Below are positions 47,025-49,753 of a DNA stretch of 49,753 nucleotides, piece by piece. The position numbers and the translations under genes were made by a program. The DNA is taken from contig NC_068994.1 of the NCBI RefSeq assembly GCF_001194135.2, positions 34,723,515 through 34,773,267 of the forward strand, written 5' to 3'. The notes below the pieces were generated by a model. The model ran no database searches and was not told where the DNA came from. It worked only from the letters and a program-made list of their open reading frames with translations. Within the stretch, counting starts at the first letter, position 1. Every line of letters begins with the position of its first letter. Source of the DNA: Octopus bimaculoides (Eukaryota).

Positions 47025-47280
47025 AGCAAAACACTATTTCACGTTGTTCTAGTTCACTCAGCTGTAGAAATGAGCTGTGATGTCACTAGTGCCAATGCCA
47101 AACTGTATCGGCCTTTAGTATTCCCTTGGACAACATTGATGGCATGGGAAAGAGAGACTTGTATGCATGAGCAACTGCTAGTCTTCCACAAACAACTTTG
47201 CCTGAACTTGTGCCTCAGAGAGGAATTTTCTAGGAGAAATCCCATAGTCATTTGTGACCAAAGGAGGCCTTTGCCTGACA
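47025..47280 (+). mobile_element. family C SINE, headless, with third tail type
   Basis: GAGCAAAACACTATTTCACGTTG...CACTCAGCTGTAGAAATGAG core. Confidence 0.7.
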
Positions 47281-47351
47281 ATTCATGAATATATATATAT
47301 ATATTAATATTTCTAAATCTCTCTAAAGGAGACTACAGCAGTGGTACTGGG

Positions 47352-47683
47352 TATTAACAGTTATCGCCAAGCTAACATGGCAGTCCAGGAAAATAGGACG
47401 AATGCTGCCGTTGATTAGCTCCAAGAGGCCATCGCTTCTAGCTAGCTATGTGACACACAAACCTGTCCATTACAACCTTCGAACAGGGGTGGTCAGCAGC
47501 TTCCCCTTCCCCTTGCTGGTTTGGCATCCAGCAAGGGGAAGTTGCTGACCTCCCCTGTTCGAAGGTTATAATGGACAGGTTTGTGTGTCACATAGCTAGC
47601 TAGAGGTGATGGCCTCTTAGAGCTAATCAATGGCAGTATTCATCCTATTTTCCTGGACTGCCATGTTAGCTTGGGGATAACTA

Positions 47684-47689
<6 letters not shown>
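47352..47689. mobile_element. 338-bp foldback / palindromic element (arms ~162 bp, 8-nt loop)
   Basis: arms 47352-47519 and 47528-47689; manual alignment gives 11 substitutions and one 6-bp indel. Confidence 0.9.
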
Positions 47690-47725
<36 letters not shown>

Positions 47726-47779
47726 CACACAGGTGAGTGTGTGTGTGTGTGCATGTATATATACACATACCTGTGCGTA

Positions 47780-48020
47780 TACCCTTGTCCAGACATCATG
47801 TGACGGTTGTAAATTAGCATCATCATTGTACAATGTTGTTCAGTTTCAGTCAGGTGTGAAAGACATGTCTGGCCAAGGGGAAATAGTACCTTGCTTGGTA
47901 ACAGGTGAGGGTTAGCATCAAGAGGGGAATCTTGCTATACACCTAGAACTCTGCCTCAACAAATTTCATCTGACCTATGCATGCATGGAAAAGTAAATGT
48001 TAAATGATGATGAAGAAGAA
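47780..48020 (+). mobile_element. family D variant
   Basis: AGACATCATGTGACGGTTGTAAA (also at ~22931)...ATGCATGGAAAAGTAAATGTTAAATGATGATG. Confidence 0.7.
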
Positions 48021-48132
48021 GAATACAAAGAAGTGGAAAAGAAAAGTGCACAGCATCTTGTCTGAACGTTCCACCCACAATCAGTTCCTTCCATTCCTTC
48101 CTTAACTGCATTTACTGACCACCTCAGAAATA

Positions 48133-48397
48133 CAGTTCTATATTTAAGAGATGAGGAATTATTTACATTATTTACATTTGACAGATATTTGTCCTCATCT
48201 TGTTTGTTGTTAACAATGTTTCAGCTGATATACCCTCCAGCCTTCACCAGGTGTCTTGGGGAAATTTCAAACCTGGTTTCTCATTCTTGAGGTATTTTTC
48301 GATGTTGTTATTATTATTATTATTCAGGTCCACTGCCTGGAATCGAACTCAGAAACTTGGGGTTAGTAGCCTGCGCTCTTAACTACTACATCATATG
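48133..48397 (-). mobile_element. tRNA-headed SINE with (AAT)n linker, decayed hammerhead ribozyme core and terminal hairpin
   Basis: rc: A-box-like TGTAGTAGTTAAGAGCG, B box GAGTTCGATTCC, (AAT)n, GACAC-CTGGTGA-A-GGCTG(gagggtatat)CAGCT-GAAAC-ATT-GT, then GATGAGGA...TCCTCATC hairpin. Confidence 0.7.
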
Positions 48398-48399
48398 AA

Positions 48400-48500
48400 A
48401 GGTAAGATTATCTTCGATGAAAATTAAACTCAGAACTCAAAAGTGCAGAGGACTGGATTGAATAATGCAACTCTTTTAATGATGCTGCCAATATGCTACT
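48400..48500 (-). mobile_element. family B SINE head half (degenerate)
   Basis: ATTAAACTCAGAAC...AATGATGCTGCCA. Confidence 0.5.
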
Positions 48501-49339
48501 TAAGTAGTAGTGGTGATGGTAGTAGTAGTAACTGTGGTGGTGGTGATGCTGTCAGTGGTGGCAGCGGCGGTAGAAGTGGTGGTGATAGTAGTGGTGGTGT
48601 GGTAGTAGTGCTTGTGGTTGTACTAGAGGTGGTTGTGGCGTTGGTGGTGGTAGTGATGGTAGTAGTAGAAGTGGTAGTGATAGTAAAGTCACGTTATATT
48701 GTTTTTTTCTATTTTGTCTTTAGTGGGGCAGGACCAACCATTTTTTTCTTTCTTTTAAGAAAAAAAGCAATAATAATAATAATAATAACAACAACAATAA
48801 CAATATGACAAATAACTTGAAGAATTTCAAAGAGTTTGTTTCAGAGAATTGGAAAACAACTGAGTGAATTATCTTCATTTGTGGTAACATTTAGCATTTG
48901 AAGAATTTGTCATCATGTTCTTTCTGTTAAAGTTTCACCATTTCTGAGAGAAAGAGAAAGAGGTGGGGAAAAGACAAAAGCATTGATGGAAGGGGTTGTA
49001 AAAGACAATGCCTTCTGAATGAATAATAATGATGTCTTTGGCTTTCCAATCTGTCTGGGCTTAACTTTCATGTGTGTGTGTTTGTAAGTTTGTTTTGTTC
49101 TTTTTTTTTTCATTATTTAATTTGAATTCATTTCTAGTGTGCCGTTTTGTTTTTGTTTTTGCTGTAGTGCTAGAAATGCTCTGGCTTTTGAAGACATGAA
49201 GAATGTCATTGATAATTATTGCACAAATTCTTTGAAATGTAAACTTATTTAAAAGAGACAAGCAAAAGATACACACACATGCCTGCATACACACACATGC
49301 ATGCATACACACACACACACACACACACATACATACATA

Positions 49340-49753
49340 CACGTATATATATATATATCTCGTTCTTCATCTGTACTACTACGTATCTCGCCTTACCCCT
49401 CTTGTTCTTCCTCTGTTACTACTACGTATCTCCTTTCCCCCTCGTATTTCCTCTCTTTCTCTTTTCCTCTCGTTGCTCACCATTCTTCTACTTCCTCCCT
49501 CTCTTTCTCCCTCTACCACTCTCTCTCTCTTCCCTTTACACCGGCATGGTCACATGCTTCCGGTCAATAATCCTTTCCTTCCTTGGCTTTCGCCAAGTAA
49601 CACACGCTACCACTGTCTCTCTCGGTTCCGTGCCTCATCGCGTTCATACACACATAATTTTTCTCGTCTGGCCGTAAAGCCTTCTGTTTGTTTTCCTGTC
49701 TTGTTTTTCGTCCGCCACTACATTCCTCCATGGCTAGATTTAATTTGCGTATA
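49340..49753. promoter_or_regulatory. pyrimidine-rich, CpG-rich non-repeat patch running off the window end
   Basis: about 20 CpG by hand count in ~410 bp. Confidence 0.4.

Noticed and set aside
48443-48808. Gly/Ser/Val-rich 121-aa ORF resembling a membrane protein
   Set aside because: Derived from (GGT)/(GTA) low-complexity repeats and a SINE fragment.

Overview
AT-rich, microsatellite-saturated eukaryotic DNA with nine N-gaps. The repeat families look like those of Octopus (coleoid cephalopod); this is my recognition, not a database result. I cannot confidently identify an intact protein-coding gene, and nearly all listed ORFs are translations of (TA)n/(CA)n/(CT)n tracts or N-runs. The window is mostly transposon debris: three abundant tRNA-headed SINE-like families (my labels A, B, C), a family of RTE-like 3' ends (D), a (TAA)n-embedded element (E), three mariner transposase relics, Penelope-like GIY-YIG relics, an R4/Dong-like endonuclease relic, and piggyBac- and hAT-like non-autonomous elements. 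The most interesting signals are: (1) a tRNA-headed SINE carrying a decayed Penelope-type minimal hammerhead ribozyme (48133-48397, minus), with further hammerhead relics at about 17.7 kb and 7.0 kb; (2) a 338-bp near-perfect foldback (47352-47689); (3) nested insertion into (TTA/TAA)n tails, which builds oppositely oriented SINE arrays (8.0-11.1 kb); (4) a minisatellite made of B-box-like units; (5) CpG-rich patches and splice-signal candidates hinting at a host gene. Repeat boundaries were set by eye and are approximate (about +/-20 bp) unless a motif is quoted.
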